Positions 61,467 to 64,000 of a stretch of 64,000 bases of DNA are shown in pieces. How positions within the stretch are numbered: the stretch's first letter is position 1; each line of letters begins with the position of its first letter. Origin of the DNA: Nemertoderma westbladi. Lineage: Eukaryota > Animalia > Xenacoelomorpha. The notes beneath the pieces are model-generated. The model ran no database searches. It was not told where the DNA came from and worked only from the letters and a program-made list of their open reading frames with translations. Position numbers and translations under genes: made by a program. The DNA is taken from contig JAUCBJ010006960.1 in assembly GCA_032718475.1 (NCBI GenBank), forward strand, positions 1 to 64,000, in the 5' to 3' direction.

Positions 61467-62354
61467 ATGCATAGACGAAGATTTAGTTTGTCTGACAGGT
61501 CAAGCAACTTCGAACGCTTAGGATTTACAAGGAAATATATCAGTCTGCTATTTTGGCACACATTTCTCTTGACATCCTTGACACCACTGGCCCGAATTTG
61601 GAGTGGTCAGTGGTTCGCGGTAACATCACTCGGACTAATGCCAGCCTATCCAAAGCCAGACGAAAACCCTACTGCAGACCGCGCATTTGGTATCCATGCA
61701 TTTTTCGCTATAATGTGGTTGCTGTGTGCCTACATTCAGATAGTGCACACGACTGCTACAAAATTCCACAGAACATTTGGATATATCACTGTAATAGCGT
61801 ACATGCTACATGTTGCAGGAGCAATCAATACTCTTATAACTGATATCGAGCATCACACGATCCTCAACAAATTCATGTTATTCTCTTCCATTTATCGGTC
61901 CACTACATTGGTGGTACACGGAGTATATTGCGCCATTTCTGGGAGACTTACCAAACACAAACATTGTCTTGCCCAAGCCTTCATATGGTCATTAGAAGGA
62001 GCTGGAAGTGTTCGAACCATATCATCCATACAAGTTATATTTGGCTTTGGGCCGGTGTTTTGCGAATGTGAATTTAAAAGTGTTGGAGATCATTGTGATT
62101 GGTCATATACATGGAGGATGTGCTGGACAGCATTATTAACGTTTCTACTTCGTACCGTTTACATTTTAGCTCAGAAAGAACCATCTTTGTCAAGAGAATT
62201 ATACCAGGATTCACTGGGGTACATATGGCGGCTTCTCGTTTTAATCAGCTGTTTCGCATTAGGTTGGAGTCAAACAGATGCTTTAATATTGTTTATTGTA
62301 TTATTAGGCATATCGTCATTAATAGTGGCTTATTCATCCACTAATAAAGGGTAA
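61467..62354 (+). CDS. Intronless multi-pass membrane protein, DUF2306-like (copy 2)
   Basis: Translation identical to copy 1. Confidence 0.7.
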   Translation: MHRRRFSLSDRSSNFERLGFTRKYISLLFWHTFLLTSLTPLARIWSGQWFAVTSLGLMPAYPKPDENPTADRAFGIHAFFAIMWLLCAYIQIVHTTATKFHRTFGYITVIAYMLHVAGAINTLITDIEHHTILNKFMLFSSIYRSTTLVVHGVYCAISGRLTKHKHCLAQAFIWSLEGAGSVRTISSIQVIFGFGPVFCECEFKSVGDHCDWSYTWRMCWTALLTFLLRTVYILAQKEPSLSRELYQDSLGYIWRLLVLISCFALGWSQTDALILFIVLLGISSLIVAYSSTNKG

Positions 62355-63110
62355 TGATTTTTCTACTTTAAAATACATTTTATTGAAAAATAATTGCGAT
62401 AGATAAATAGATAAAAAATTCATATAAATATAAATAAAACAAAAGTGATCTATAAATGGGAACAAGGCAACTTGTTAAACAGAGTGGATCACCCATGGTG
62501 ATGAAAAGGCATTACTTGGCTTAACGAGCCTAAAAGATTCTTCCATCCAATAATTAAATTTTAATTTAATATCAAGCTTGGCAAGTAAAATCTATACCAG
62601 GAGGTATATTGTATTTACAGTACATACTGTGATGTTTCTGTTATTGTATCAATATTATGCTATCAATTGTATAACATTTTCGCATTTCAAATATTACATA
62701 TAAGCAAAATTATTTTCGATATATACATATATATATTCTTTATATTATGTATTTAGTTCTATTTAATATGTTTTTATTCTGTCAGTATTCGTTGTGCTAT
62801 CACTATGTGGGCAATTCCATGGAAAAATGGAATTCCAGGGAAAAATGGAATTCCATAAGGGAAAGACATTTTCATCCATTTTTATGCCGTTTTTTTGCAT
62901 TGAAATCTATAAAGATGAAATTGTCTGTTTAAATTTTGTCAATCTGTTAATTAACAATTTGCGAGAAATGCTATGTATGGATTTTGAAAAATGATTTTTG
63001 TTTGCAGTGTTTTCGAGGTCATCTACTAGAACATACGGTATTATCTCAATTTCAAAAATAATTATATTTGCCTTAGGCCAGATAGGGTGTATGTGTCCAT
63101 ACATACCCTC

Positions 63111-64000
63111 TACTACTAGGATCGGCATGCTGCATTGCAGCTGCATTTTTAAGAATGCTGTGCCGGCTTGTCAACAAAATTGCACCGCCACAACTCCCTA
63201 TCACCCATGACATTTGCTAGATCATCCGCATCTTTAAGGCCAGTGTCCTTTAAGATGCGTCTCAAGAAAATCATGGGCTGTCCACCATGCTTATTCACTC
63301 CATGAGGCTGCCAAAGTACAAGATTATGCACTGGCTGGTCCTCACGGCGAAAGCAATGTCCTGCAAAGCGGAGGCGATTTTGTTCTAGTGTCAAGCTTGG
63401 GGGAACCAATGAGACACCTCCAATGTTATATAGTGTCTGGTTGGAGATGTGTGCATTGTACTTGACACAATGAACCCGGCGTAGCATTCTTGTGAATGTG
63501 CCATCCAGAGATTTGGTGTCCTCAGCAGTTAGAGCCCAGCATGGACTCCCGTAGAGGAGTACTGGAACAACTGCTGCTCTAAATAATCGGACCTTAAGTT
63601 TCCGATTAATTCTCGGTGACTTCCAAATCCTGGAAAGACTATTCAAGGCTGCCCATGCCTTTCATTTACGTATTCGAAGGTCCTCACCTGACTTCCGGAT
63701 CCATGATCCCAGGTAACAGAAGTCGTCCACATGCTCAAGCATACCATCCTTTGAGCTTATGCTCATCCGATCAGAGACTTGCTGAGGACTTTCAAAGTTA
63801 ACTGTCAGAATGTTGGTCTTTCTGGAGTTAATAAAAAGACCAACACTAGAAGCAGCATGTTCTAATGAGCTGAGGAGCCGTTGGGCTCCCTCTAATGATT
63901 CTGAGAGTACTTCTAAGTCATCAGCAAAGTCTAGATCAGTTAGGTACTTGGCAGGATTTCCTCGACTTCTGGAGCCAGTAGGTGGAGTTATCATCACCCC
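63111..64000 (-). mobile_element. RTE-like LINE, duplicated copy
   Basis: Homologous to 49838-50728 with several substitutions and different frame breaks. Confidence 0.9.

Larger units (their letters stand above)
59660..64000 (+). repeat. Segmental duplication copy 2 (includes the 17-bp minisatellite, membrane-protein gene, SINE fragment and RTE LINE)
   Basis: Near-identical to 46328-50728. Confidence 0.95.

Overview
AT-rich eukaryotic (invertebrate animal-like) genomic DNA dominated by nested retroelements and satellites; no prokaryotic features. Left end: the 3' part of a Ty3/Gypsy element (pol plus LTR 2178-2411) inserted into a non-autonomous BEL/Pao-type element (gag-protease, decayed accessory ORF, 3' LTR from 8547). 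A spliced + strand SEL1L3-like gene (7 phase-consistent exons, 16982-44627, with a long acidic repeat) carries in its introns a 17/20-bp satellite, a SINE-derived 63-bp satellite and a young 13.3-kb BEL/Pao element (27768-41060, 1555-bp LTRs, GGTTT TSD). Further right are a canonical 3-exon globin on the - strand (55629-58135) and two identical intronless DUF2306-like membrane-protein genes inside a recent duplication. Three observations stand out. (1) The full-length BEL element has no tRNA PBS but has a perfect 13-nt LTR-internal complement to its PBS position, the geometry of Tf1-like self-priming. (2) Two otherwise divergent BEL elements share an approximately 180-nt structured non-coding element after pol. 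(3) A globin with an atypical distal pocket lies between two putative horizontally acquired heme-membrane-protein genes. Family assignments come from recognising motifs by eye, not from database searches.
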